DNA of 64,000 bases from Planctomycetota bacterium (GTDB lineage Bacteria; Planctomycetota; UBA1135; UBA2386), in contig JBKAGP010000001.1 of NCBI GenBank assembly GCA_046290465.1, forward strand, positions 2,048,001 to 2,112,000. The letters are read 5' to 3'. The notes beneath the pieces were generated by a model. The model ran no database searches and was not told where the DNA came from. It saw only the letters and a list, made by a program, of their open reading frames with translations. Positions 11,366-20,332 of the stretch are shown here, piece after piece (position 1 is the first letter of the stretch; every line of letters begins with the position of its first letter). A program made the position numbers and the translations under genes.

Positions 11366-14300
11366 ATGCAACTCGCGTTTCCCGTGCTCGCCCTGAGCCT
11401 GGTCGCCGCTTTCGCGACCGCTCAGAACCCAGACGGCAGTGACCTGCGCGCCCCCGCCAAGGACCCGCGCATCCTGCTCGAATACGCTTCGTTCGATCCG
11501 AACGTCTCCGTCCCGATGGTCCCGGCCGAACTCAAGGCCGGCACCGACGTCAACCTGCACATCGTGCAATTCAAGTCGACGCCGACGGACGCCGACCGCG
11601 AAGCCATCCGCCGCGCCGGCGGGGTCATCAGGGGCTACCTGCCGCACGACGCCCACATCGTGCACATGCAGGGTGGCGGCATGGAACTCTACTCGGTCGA
11701 CAGCGTGCGCTGGGTCGGCCCCTACGAGCCGGCCTACCGCCTCGAGCCGCAGCTGCTGAAGGAGATCGCCTCGGGCCAGGTCCCGACGCGTCGCTACAAC
11801 ATGGTCATGGTCGACAAGCGCAACGACAAGGATGCGCTGGCGGCCAAGATCGCCGCGATGGGCGGGGACATCGTCGACCGCCACGAAGGTGGTCTGCTGT
11901 TCACGGCCGCGCTGACCGGCGCCCAGCTGATGCAGGCCGCGCGCCTCGACGAGGTGCTGTGGATCGATCGCTGGACCCCGGTCGAACTCGACATGGACAA
12001 CGCCCGCATCCAGGGCGGCGCCAACTACATCGAGTCGGTCGCCGGCTACACCGGTTCGGGCATCCGCGGCCACGTCTACGAAGGCGTCGAGGCCAACCAC
12101 CCCGACTTCAACACGGTGATGACGCAGGTCGGCCCGGCCGCCTGCTCGGGCCCGACCTCGCACGGCCACTGCACCGCCGGCATCATCTTCGGCAACGGCA
12201 CCAGCGCCCCGCAGGCGCGCGGCCTCGCCCCGAACGCGGTCGGCTTCTTCACGACCTACGTCTCGTCGACCAACACGACGTGCGCGCAGTCGCCGGCTCG
12301 CAACACGATCCTCGGCAACGCGGTCAACAACAACAACGTGATGTTCACCACGGCTTCGTGGGGCAACACGCGCACGTTCTTCTACACGTCGATCTCGGCC
12401 GATGCCGACGACATCGTGTTCGACCACCGCATCCCGTGGACGCAGTCGCAGTCGAACGCCGGCAACCAGGACTCGCGTCCGCAGGCCTGGGGCAAGAACA
12501 TCATCTCGGTCGGCGGCGTCGACCACTTCAACGACAGCAACCCGAACAACGACTCGTGGCTGGCCGGCAACGGCTCGACGGGTCCGGCGCAGGACGGCCG
12601 CAACAAGCCCGACCTGTGCGCCTACTACGACTCGATCTGGACGTCGGACCGCACCGGCAACTCCGGCTACTCGAGCGGCAACTCGACGACCGGCTTCGGC
12701 GGCACGTCGGGCGCGACCCCGATCGTCGCGGGCCACAACGCCCTCGCGATCCAGATGTTCACGGACCACATCTTCGACAACATCCCGGTCAACCCGACCG
12801 GCTCGCGCTTCCAGAACCGCCCGCTCGCGCAGACGGTGAAGGCGCTGCAGATCGCCTGCGCCGACCTCTACACCCCGACCGCCAGCGACAACCGTCGTGA
12901 GCACGTCGGCTGGGGCTTCCCGAACGTGCAGACGATGTACGACAACCGGGACAAGATCTCGATCATCCCCGAGGACGAGCCGATCGCGCAGGGCCAGACC
13001 CGCACCTACCGCTACGACGTCGCCCCGGGCGAGTCGGTCATCAAGTTCGTGATGAGCTACGTCGACCCGGCCGGCAACCCCGCCGCCGCGTTCGACCGCA
13101 TCAACGACCTGTCGATGCGCGTGACCTCGCCGACCGGCGCGGTCTACTACGGCAACTGGGGCCTCGACGGCGGCAGCCAGGGCAACCAGTCGACGCAGAG
13201 CATCTTCGCCGGCTACGACACCCGCGACACCGTCGAGTGCGTGATCCGCAACAACCCGACCCCGGGCATCTGGACGGTCACGATCGTCGCCCCGACGGTC
13301 ACCCAGGACGCGCACCTCGCCACCGCCCAGACCGACGCGACCTTCGCGCTGGTCGTCAACGGCGGCCGTCGCGCCTTCGGTTCGGGCTGCGCCCGCTACC
13401 TGCCCAACGCCAGCACGACGTTCGGCAGCGGCAACTACTTCCCGTGGGGCGGCTACAACCCGGTCGAGCTCGACACGGTCTACGCCAGCAACAACGGCGG
13501 CGGTGTCGGCGGCACGGTCTACTTCGACGTGACCGTCACCGAGCCGGTCTGGATCCACAGCGTCATGGTCAACACCAACGCGGTCGCCGGTGAGGACCTG
13601 TTCGCCGACGTCTACACGACCAACATCGGCGGCACCTACTTCGGCAACGAGGCCACCCCCGCCGCGTGGAACGCGCGCAGTGCGGGTCGCGGCACGTCGG
13701 CCGGTGTCGACGCCGAGAGCCAGATCGACCTGGCCCAGCCGTTCCGCCTGTCGGCCGGCACCTACGGCTTCGCGATCCACGCGAACAACTTCGCGCACCG
13801 CTACACCAACGGCGCGAACACCTACAACAACAGCGTGATGACGATCGACGCCGGCTCCGGCTCGAACGGCCTGTTCGGCGGCGGGGTGTTCAACCCGCGC
13901 TCGGCGAACATCACGATGAAGTACCGCACCGCGGATGCCACGGCGCAGAACATGCGCTACCAGACGATCCTGCGCAGCGACGAGCTGGGCGGCCCGGGTG
14001 ACATCACCGGCCTCGCCTTCTCGGGCCAGAGCAACGGTCGCCACTTCAACTCGAACCTGACCGTGCGGATGGCGCACAAGCCGGCCGGCTACACGCTGGT
14101 CAGCAACTTCAACACCAACATCAGCGGCTCGACCACGGTCCTGAGCTCCAACCTGCACACGTTCGAGTATCGCGACGGCCAGTGGCGCAACATCGGCATG
14201 CAGAACCCGTTCGCCTACAACGGCACGTCCGACGTCGTCGTCGAGATCGTCGCCCGCGGCAACGTGCAGACGACCACCGGCTCGAGCACCGGCCCGTTCG

Positions 14301-14806
14301 AGATCGACTCGGACCGTCCGCGCGTGTTCGCGCAGAACTGGGACCTGAGCACGCCGACGACCGGCACCGTCGCGACCACCAGCGGCCTGCGCATGCGGGT
14401 CGAGTTCGGCTGCGCCAACGCCAACCAGCACGGCTCCAGCTGTGGCACGCTGGAATCGGCGCACTCGGGCTCGAGCGCGCTCGGTTCGACGTTCAACTTC
14501 AACGTCTCGGGTGCGACGCCGAACTTCGTCGCGTTCCTCGGCCTCGGCGAGAACAACTCGTTCCCCTACCCGCTGGCGCTGACGAACTTCGGCTGGACCA
14601 ACTGCAACGCGTTCAGCCAGTCGATCACGACCATCGGCGTCAACACCAACGGCAGCGGCTCGGCGAGCTACAGCATCGGCGTGCCGAACAACACGGCGCT
14701 GACCGGCTACAAGGTCTTCGGCCAGTGGGTCGGCATCGACACCAGCGAGCCGGGTGACCTGACGTTCTCGGGTCTGACCCGCATGATCTGCGGCGGCAAC
14801 CTGTAA
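11366..14806 (+). CDS. Secreted S8 (subtilisin-family) serine peptidase with pro-domain and C-terminal beta-rich domains
   Basis: GAGG RBS plus ATG 11366; signal peptide; GHVYEGVEANHPDF, SHGHCTAG, NAGN, DGRNKPDL, FGGTSGATP. Confidence 0.9.
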   Translation: MQLAFPVLALSLVAAFATAQNPDGSDLRAPAKDPRILLEYASFDPNVSVPMVPAELKAGTDVNLHIVQFKSTPTDADREAIRRAGGVIRGYLPHDAHIVHMQGGGMELYSVDSVRWVGPYEPAYRLEPQLLKEIASGQVPTRRYNMVMVDKRNDKDALAAKIAAMGGDIVDRHEGGLLFTAALTGAQLMQAARLDEVLWIDRWTPVELDMDNARIQGGANYIESVAGYTGSGIRGHVYEGVEANHPDFNTVMTQVGPAACSGPTSHGHCTAGIIFGNGTSAPQARGLAPNAVGFFTTYVSSTNTTCAQSPARNTILGNAVNNNNVMFTTASWGNTRTFFYTSISADADDIVFDHRIPWTQSQSNAGNQDSRPQAWGKNIISVGGVDHFNDSNPNNDSWLAGNGSTGPAQDGRNKPDLCAYYDSIWTSDRTGNSGYSSGNSTTGFGGTSGATPIVAGHNALAIQMFTDHIFDNIPVNPTGSRFQNRPLAQTVKALQIACADLYTPTASDNRREHVGWGFPNVQTMYDNRDKISIIPEDEPIAQGQTRTYRYDVAPGESVIKFVMSYVDPAGNPAAAFDRINDLSMRVTSPTGAVYYGNWGLDGGSQGNQSTQSIFAGYDTRDTVECVIRNNPTPGIWTVTIVAPTVTQDAHLATAQTDATFALVVNGGRRAFGSGCARYLPNASTTFGSGNYFPWGGYNPVELDTVYASNNGGGVGGTVYFDVTVTEPVWIHSVMVNTNAVAGEDLFADVYTTNIGGTYFGNEATPAAWNARSAGRGTSAGVDAESQIDLAQPFRLSAGTYGFAIHANNFAHRYTNGANTYNNSVMTIDAGSGSNGLFGGGVFNPRSANITMKYRTADATAQNMRYQTILRSDELGGPGDITGLAFSGQSNGRHFNSNLTVRMAHKPAGYTLVSNFNTNISGSTTVLSSNLHTFEYRDGQWRNIGMQNPFAYNGTSDVVVEIVARGNVQTTTGSSTGPFEIDSDRPRVFAQNWDLSTPTTGTVATTSGLRMRVEFGCANANQHGSSCGTLESAHSGSSALGSTFNFNVSGATPNFVAFLGLGENNSFPYPLALTNFGWTNCNAFSQSITTIGVNTNGSGSASYSIGVPNNTALTGYKVFGQWVGIDTSEPGDLTFSGLTRMICGGNL

Positions 14807-14830
14807 CGGATCGCCAACCGATCGCACGAC

Positions 14831-14868
14831 GCGGGCCTCGCGCTCCCTTCGGGGGGTGCGGGGCCCGC
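14831..14868. terminator. GC-rich hairpin (probable intrinsic terminator) between convergent genes
   Basis: GCGGGCCTCGCGCTCCC-TTCG-GGGGGTGCGGGGCCCGC: 17-bp stem (with G-U pairs), UUCG loop, followed by TCGCTTT. Confidence 0.7.
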
Positions 14869-14902
14869 TCGCTTTGGTAGCCGTCCGTCGCGCGGCGAGG
14901 CG

Positions 14903-15739
14903 CTACCGCGGCCCCTGCAGCGGCGAACGCGCGGGCGCCGGCAGCTCGCGGTAGCCAGACGCCATCGCCGGCGCCTCGAACTCCTCGAGCTCCGCGTACG
15001 ACGCCCCCGGGAACAGCGCGAAGCCGTGCAGCAGCAGCGCCTCGCGCACGTCGGCGAGCGCCGGGTCGACCACCGCCGCCTGCAGGGCCCGCTGCAGCTG
15101 CAGCACCCGTTCGGGCGGGGTCCGCCTCGACGTCACGTACGGCGGCGCCAGCGCGGTGCCGGTGCACGCGACCGCGCGCAGGCCGCGCACGGTGTCCGGC
15201 CGCACCCGCCGCAGCAGCGCCAGCATCACCGCGTCGACGCAGGCCGCGTCGACCTCCCCCGCGTGCACAGCCCGCAGGCTGCGCACGTGCGCGCCGGTCT
15301 CGACGACCTCGCCGAAGAACGTGCCGTCACGCTGCAGCTCGGCCGCCTGCGGCCGCATCGCGTTGGTGCCCGAATGCGACGACGCCTGGTTGATCGCCAT
15401 GCGCGCCCCGCGCAGCTCGGCGAACGTGCGCCACGGCCGGTCGGCCCGGACCACCACGTAGCTGCGGTAGCGCGGCCCTTCGCAGCCCTCGGCCGAGTAG
15501 CACGGCGTCGCGACCGGCACGATCGCGTCGGCGTGGTCGTAGAGCACGTCGTAGCCACACGCCTGGCTCAGCAGCAGGTCGTCGCGCTGCCAGCCGGCGA
15601 CGTGGTCGCCGCGCAACAGCCGTTCGGGAGTCCCTTCACAGCCGGCCGCCACCAGGTGCCGCGCGATCCCGGCCCACCACGCATCGGTCTGCTCGTGCAA
15701 CTCGGCGAAGTCGTACCAGGGAAGTGCTGCGACGGACAC
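14903..15739 (-). CDS. PhnD/SsuA-like (phosphonate-binding fold) substrate-binding-domain protein without signal peptide
   Basis: AALPWYD start, LLLSQACGY, VATPCY..EGCEGPRYRS, N..SSHSG, TGAHVRSL, D.ACVDAV. Confidence 0.7.
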   Translation of the reverse strand: MSVAALPWYDFAELHEQTDAWWAGIARHLVAAGCEGTPERLLRGDHVAGWQRDDLLLSQACGYDVLYDHADAIVPVATPCYSAEGCEGPRYRSYVVVRADRPWRTFAELRGARMAINQASSHSGTNAMRPQAAELQRDGTFFGEVVETGAHVRSLRAVHAGEVDAACVDAVMLALLRRVRPDTVRGLRAVACTGTALAPPYVTSRRTPPERVLQLQRALQAAVVDPALADVREALLLHGFALFPGASYAELEEFEAPAMASGYRELPAPARSPLQGPR

Positions 15740-15797
15740 GCCCCGAAGCTAGGCCTGCCGCGCCCGAGCACCAGCCCCAACCCGGGGTTCGGCGGGC

Positions 15798-18700
15798 CTA
15801 CTGCGGGTCGAGCACGATCAGCAGGTCGTCGCTCTGCACCATCGCACCGACGTCCGTGCACAGCTCGCGCACGGTGCCGCTGACCGGCGCGCGCACGATC
15901 GTCTCCATCTTCATCGCCTCGAGCGTCAGCACCGGATCGCCCTCCTGCACCGCCTCGTCCTCGCCGACGTGCAGCACGATCACGCGGCCGGGCATCGGCG
16001 AGCCGACCTCGCCGGGGCTGCCGGGATCGGCGCGGCGACGGGTCTCGACCTCGCCCTCGAGCGACCGGTCGGCGACCACCACCTGACGGTTCTGGCCGTT
16101 GAGCTTGAAGTAGACGGTGACGTGGCCCTGCTCGTCGGCCTCGCTCCTCGCCTCCAGCGAGATCACCAGCGTCTTGCCGCGCTCGAGCTCGATCCAGACC
16201 TCCTGGCCCATCTCGAGGCCGTAGAAGTAGACCGGCGTCGGCAGCAGCGAGACGTCGCTGCAGCGGTTGCGGAAGGCGAAGTAGTCGTCGAGCACGCGCG
16301 GGTAGAGCGCGTAGCTGACCACGTCGCGCGGCTGCGTCGGGCGGTTCATGCGCTCCTCGCAGTGCTGCTGCGCCGCCGCGAAGTCGAACGGCTCCATGCC
16401 GTCGCTCGGCCGACCGGTCAGCACCGGCAGGCCCTTCAGCACGGCGCGGCGCAGGTCCTCGGGGAAGCCGCCCGGCGGCTGGCCGAGGTGGCCCTGGAAG
16501 TAGGTGACCACCGACTGCGGGAAGTCAAGGCGCTTGGACTGCACCAGCACCTTCGCCTTGGTCGCCTCGACCGAAGCGTGCAGGTTGCCGCGCATCTCCA
16601 GCAGGTCGTTCTGCACCAGGAAGATCGCGAAGTCGCCGACCATCTTCGACGACGGCGTGACCTTGGGGATGTCGCCGACCAGCTGGTTGACGACCGCGAA
16701 CGCATGGCGCACGTCCGACCAACGGTCGATCAGCCCGAGCGACGCGACCTGCGGTCGCAGGTTGGAGTACTGGCCACCCGGGATCTCGTGGTAGTAGACC
16801 TCGCTGGTGCTCGACTTCAGACCGCACTCGAACGGCGCGTAGTACTCGCGCACGCCTTCCCAGTAGTCGGCCAGCGGCTGCATGTCGTGGTTGGTCAGCC
16901 CGGTCTCGCGCTGGTGGCCGCGCAGCGCCGCGATCAGCGCGTTCATGCTCGGCTGCGAGGTCAGGCCGGCCATCGGCGACAGCGCCGTGTCGACGATGTG
17001 CACGCCGGCCTCGATCGCCGCCATGTAGGTGGCGATGCCGTTGCCGGACGTGTCGTGCGTGTGCAGGTGGATCGGCAGCTCGGTGACCTCACGCAGCTTG
17101 CCGATCAGCATGCGCGCCGCGTGTGGACGCAGCAGGCCGGCCATGTCCTTGACGCACAGGATGTGCGCGCCGAGGTCCTCGATGCGCCTGGCCAGGTCGG
17201 CGTAGTAGTCGAGCGTGTACTTGGTGCGCGCCGGGTTGTCGACGTCGCCGGTGTAGCACATCGCGACCTCGGCGAGCTTGCCCGTCTGCAGCACGCGCTG
17301 CACCGAGACCTGCATCGAGTCGAGGTCGTTGAGGCTGTCGAACACGCGGAACACGTCGATGCCGCACTCGGCCGCGCGGTCGATGAACTCCTCGACGACG
17401 TTCTGCGGGTAGCTGGTGTAGCCGACCGCGTTGGCGCCGCGCAGCAGCATCTGGTGCAGCACGTTCGGGATCGCGCTCTTGAGCTTCTGCAGGCGCTCCC
17501 ACGGATCCTCGTTGAGGAAGCGGTAGCAGACGTCGAACGTCGCCCCGCCCCAGGTCTCGAACGAGAACAGCTGGTGCTGGACGTGCGCCATCGCCGGCGC
17601 GATCGCCAGCATGTCCTTGGTGCGCACGCGCGTCGCCAGCAGCGACTGGTGCGCGTCGCGCATCGTCGTGTCGGTCAGCAGCGGCTTCTGCTGCCGCTTG
17701 ATCCACTCGACGACCTTGTCGGGTCCGCCCTCGTTCAGGATGTGCGCCGTGCCGGGCGGCGGCATGCCGTCGGGCGCCGCCGGCATCGGCGGCGTCATGA
17801 ACCCGGCCGGCGACAGCCGCTGTTCGGGCCGCACCGTCGGGTGGCCGTTGACGATCACGTCGGCCAGGTAGGTCAGCAGCTTGGTCGCGCGGTCGCGACC
17901 GAGTTCGATCTCGAACAGCTCCGGCGTCTCGTCGAGGAACCGCGTCCAGGTCTCGCCCTGCAAGAACGCCTCGTGCTGCAGCACGTTCTGCAGGAACGCG
18001 AGGTTGGTCTTGACGCCGCGGATGCGGAACTCGCGCAGCGCACGCACGCCCTTCTGGGCCGCCTGCTCGAGCGTCGCCGCGAACGTGATGCACTTGACCA
18101 AGAGCGAGTCGTAGTGCCCGGACACCACCGTGCCGGCGAGGCCGTCGCCGCCGTCGAGTCGCAGGCCGAAGCCGCCCGGCGCGCGATAGGCCATGATCGT
18201 GCCGGTGTCCGGCAAGAACTCGTTCTGCGGGTCCTCGGTGGTGATCCGGCACTGGATCGCGTAGCCGCGCGGCTGCACTGATTCCTGCCCCTTCAGGCCG
18301 ATCTCGTCGCTGTCGAGCGCGTAGCCCTGCTCGACCAGGATCTGCGTCTGCACGATGTCGATCCCGGTGATCTGCTCGGACACCGTGTGCTCGACCTGCA
18401 GGCGCGGGTTGACCTCGATGAAGTAGTGCTGGTCGCCGGCGACCAGGTATTCGAACGTGCCGGCGTTGTGGTAGCCGGCGTGCCTGGCGAGCTTCAGCGA
18501 GTCCGCGAACAGCGCCTCGCGCGTCGCCTGCGTCAGGTTCGGCGACGGCGCGATCTCGACGACCTTCTGGTGGCGGCGCTGCACCGAGCAGTCGCGCTCG
18601 CAGATGTGCACGACGTTGCCGTGCTTGTCGCCGATCACCTGCACCTCGATGTGGCGCACCTTCGGCAGGAACTTCTCGAGGAACACCACCGGACTGCCGA

Positions 18701-19295
18701 ACGACGCCAGCGACTCGCTGCGCGCCTGCCGCAGCAGCGGCACGATGTCCTTGCGCTTGTCGACGACGCGCATGCCGCGGCCGCCGCCGCCGTGTGCGGC
18801 CTTGAAGATCGTCGTGCCGTGCTCGGCGAAGAACCGCTCCGCCGCGGCGAACGCCTCGTCCTCGTCGACCGGCAGCTCCATGCCCGGCACGCACGGCACC
18901 TGAAGCGACTCGGCGGTCTTGCGCGCCTCGACCTTGTCGCCGAGCTTCTGGATCACCTCCGATCCGGGCCCGATGAACTCGATGCCGGCGGCGCGCACCT
19001 TGGCGGCGAACTCGTGGTTCTCCGACAGGAAGCCGTAGCCCGGGTGGATCGCGTCGACGTTCGCCTGCCGGGCGATCTCGAGGATCTCGTCGCCGCCGAG
19101 GTAGGCCTGCACGGCGCCCTTGCCCTTGCCGATCAGGTAGCTCTCGTCGGCCTTGTAGCGGTGCTGGTTGGTCGCGTCCTCCTCGCTGAACACCGCGACG
19201 GTGCGGATCGAGAGTTCGGCGCAGGCGCGGAACACGCGGATCGCGATCTCGCCGCGGTTCGCGCAGAGGACCTTCTGGAACGGGCGCACTTGCAT
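15798..19295 (-). CDS. pyc: Pyruvate carboxylase (BC-CT-BCCP single chain)
   Basis: KVLCANRGEIAIR, HPGYGFLSEN, RDCSVQRRHQK, RDAHQSLLATR, WGGATFD, HEIPGGQYSNL, biotin motif EAMKM; ATG at 19295. Confidence 0.97.
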   Translation of the reverse strand: MQVRPFQKVLCANRGEIAIRVFRACAELSIRTVAVFSEEDATNQHRYKADESYLIGKGKGAVQAYLGGDEILEIARQANVDAIHPGYGFLSENHEFAAKVRAAGIEFIGPGSEVIQKLGDKVEARKTAESLQVPCVPGMELPVDEDEAFAAAERFFAEHGTTIFKAAHGGGGRGMRVVDKRKDIVPLLRQARSESLASFGSPVVFLEKFLPKVRHIEVQVIGDKHGNVVHICERDCSVQRRHQKVVEIAPSPNLTQATREALFADSLKLARHAGYHNAGTFEYLVAGDQHYFIEVNPRLQVEHTVSEQITGIDIVQTQILVEQGYALDSDEIGLKGQESVQPRGYAIQCRITTEDPQNEFLPDTGTIMAYRAPGGFGLRLDGGDGLAGTVVSGHYDSLLVKCITFAATLEQAAQKGVRALREFRIRGVKTNLAFLQNVLQHEAFLQGETWTRFLDETPELFEIELGRDRATKLLTYLADVIVNGHPTVRPEQRLSPAGFMTPPMPAAPDGMPPPGTAHILNEGGPDKVVEWIKRQQKPLLTDTTMRDAHQSLLATRVRTKDMLAIAPAMAHVQHQLFSFETWGGATFDVCYRFLNEDPWERLQKLKSAIPNVLHQMLLRGANAVGYTSYPQNVVEEFIDRAAECGIDVFRVFDSLNDLDSMQVSVQRVLQTGKLAEVAMCYTGDVDNPARTKYTLDYYADLARRIEDLGAHILCVKDMAGLLRPHAARMLIGKLREVTELPIHLHTHDTSGNGIATYMAAIEAGVHIVDTALSPMAGLTSQPSMNALIAALRGHQRETGLTNHDMQPLADYWEGVREYYAPFECGLKSSTSEVYYHEIPGGQYSNLRPQVASLGLIDRWSDVRHAFAVVNQLVGDIPKVTPSSKMVGDFAIFLVQNDLLEMRGNLHASVEATKAKVLVQSKRLDFPQSVVTYFQGHLGQPPGGFPEDLRRAVLKGLPVLTGRPSDGMEPFDFAAAQQHCEERMNRPTQPRDVVSYALYPRVLDDYFAFRNRCSDVSLLPTPVYFYGLEMGQEVWIELERGKTLVISLEARSEADEQGHVTVYFKLNGQNRQVVVADRSLEGEVETRRRADPGSPGEVGSPMPGRVIVLHVGEDEAVQEGDPVLTLEAMKMETIVRAPVSGTVRELCTDVGAMVQSDDLLIVLDPQ

Positions 19296-19472
19296 GGAGG
19301 TTGGCAGCGTAAGGCCGATGGCGTCGGCGAACGGCGTGCCGACGGTTGGTTTTTCGGCGCTTGCCCGCGACCAGCTGAACGCGCCGTCGTGCGACCGGCG
19401 GCGGCACCACGACGACGCCGGATCTGCCGGTGTGCGGTGGCCGCGCGGCCGTCGCTGCGACCCGACGCCGGC

Positions 19473-19486
19473 GCTCCGATCGGAGC
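19473..19486. promoter_or_regulatory. Perfect 14-bp palindrome, candidate upstream activator site
   Basis: GCTCCGA-TCGGAGC in the divergent pyc/ligase-operon intergenic region, about 55 nt upstream of the sigma-54-like -24 box. Confidence 0.4.
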
Positions 19487-19541
19487 CCTCACTTCCGCTC
19501 GCAACCCCGCCGTTCGGGTCCGGCCGCCCGCCACCGCGGCG

Positions 19542-19556
19542 GGCACGGCGCTTGCT
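19542..19556 (+). promoter_or_regulatory. Putative sigma-54 (RpoN) -24/-12 promoter
   Basis: GGCACG-gcgc-TTGCT matches consensus TGGCACG-N4-TTGCW with exact GG-N10-GC spacing, 15 nt before ATG 19572. Confidence 0.7.
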
Positions 19557-19571
19557 CCGCCATCGAACGCA

Positions 19572-20306
19572 ATGCCCACCGCTGCCACCGTCCTGCCCGT
19601 CGCCATGGGCCGCCAGCCGACCGACGTCAGCTGCGGCCCGACCTGCCTGCACGCCGTCTACGACTACTACGGCCTGCGCGTCTCGACGAGACAGCTGATC
19701 CGCACCGTGCCGTCGCTCGACGAGGGCGGCACGCTCGGCGTCATGCTCGCCCAGGACGCACTGGCGCGCGGCTTCGACGTCACCATCGTCACCTGGAACC
19801 TGCGCATCTTCGACCCGACCTGGTTCGGATCCGAAGCGAGCCCGCTGGCCGAACGGCTGCGCCAGCGCGCCCGCGCCCGGCGCAGCAACCAGAAGCTGCG
19901 GCTGGCCGCCGAGGCCTACGCCGACTACGTCGAGGCCGGCGGCACGGTCTCGCTGCGCGACCTGACCGCGTCGCTGCTGCGCGACACGCTGAAGCGCGGC
20001 GTGCCGATCCTGACCGGCCTGTCGGCGACGTTCCTCTACCGCGAGATGCGGCAGCGCCCGACCGACGAGGTCCCCGACGACCTGCGCGGCGAGCCGGTCG
20101 GCCACTTCGTCGTGCTCAGCGGCTACGATCCGCGCCGCCGCACCGTGCTGGTCACCGACCCGATGCACCCCAACCCGCTGTCGGACACCCACACCTACCC
20201 GGTCCCGATCGACCGCCTGGTCGGCGCCATCTACCTCGGCGTGCTGACCTACGACGCCAACCTGGTCATCATCGAACGCCGCGCCGACGGGCACGCCGAT
20301 TGCTGA
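19572..20306 (+). CDS. Peptidase C39-like (papain-fold) cysteine protease
   Basis: QPTDVSCGPTCL (Gln/Cys), GHFVVL (His), VTDP (Asp); no signal peptide; alternative start ATG 19605. Confidence 0.8.
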   Translation: MPTAATVLPVAMGRQPTDVSCGPTCLHAVYDYYGLRVSTRQLIRTVPSLDEGGTLGVMLAQDALARGFDVTIVTWNLRIFDPTWFGSEASPLAERLRQRARARRSNQKLRLAAEAYADYVEAGGTVSLRDLTASLLRDTLKRGVPILTGLSATFLYREMRQRPTDEVPDDLRGEPVGHFVVLSGYDPRRRTVLVTDPMHPNPLSDTHTYPVPIDRLVGAIYLGVLTYDANLVIIERRADGHADC

Positions 20307-20332
20307 ACGCCGGCTGATCGCCAAGCGATTCC

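Noticed and set aside
11297..14827. 1176-aa antisense ORF mirroring the subtilase, and similar long antisense or off-frame ORFs (4387-5964, 7974-10133, 51958-54504, 58739-62005)
   Set aside because: Shadow ORFs expected from high-GC codon bias; no recognisable motifs and fully overlapped by well-supported genes
19296..19571. Graspetide/RiPP precursor peptide for the ATP-grasp and C39-like enzymes
   Set aside because: No short ORF with RBS, leader motif or Ser/Thr/Lys-Asp/Glu core repeats seen; the ligase looks RLAN-RimK type rather than MvdC/MvdD type
19296..20324. 343-codon N-terminal extension of pyruvate carboxylase in the ORF track
   Set aside because: Pyc similarity begins at MQVRPFQKVL (19295); the extension is antisense to the C39-like gene
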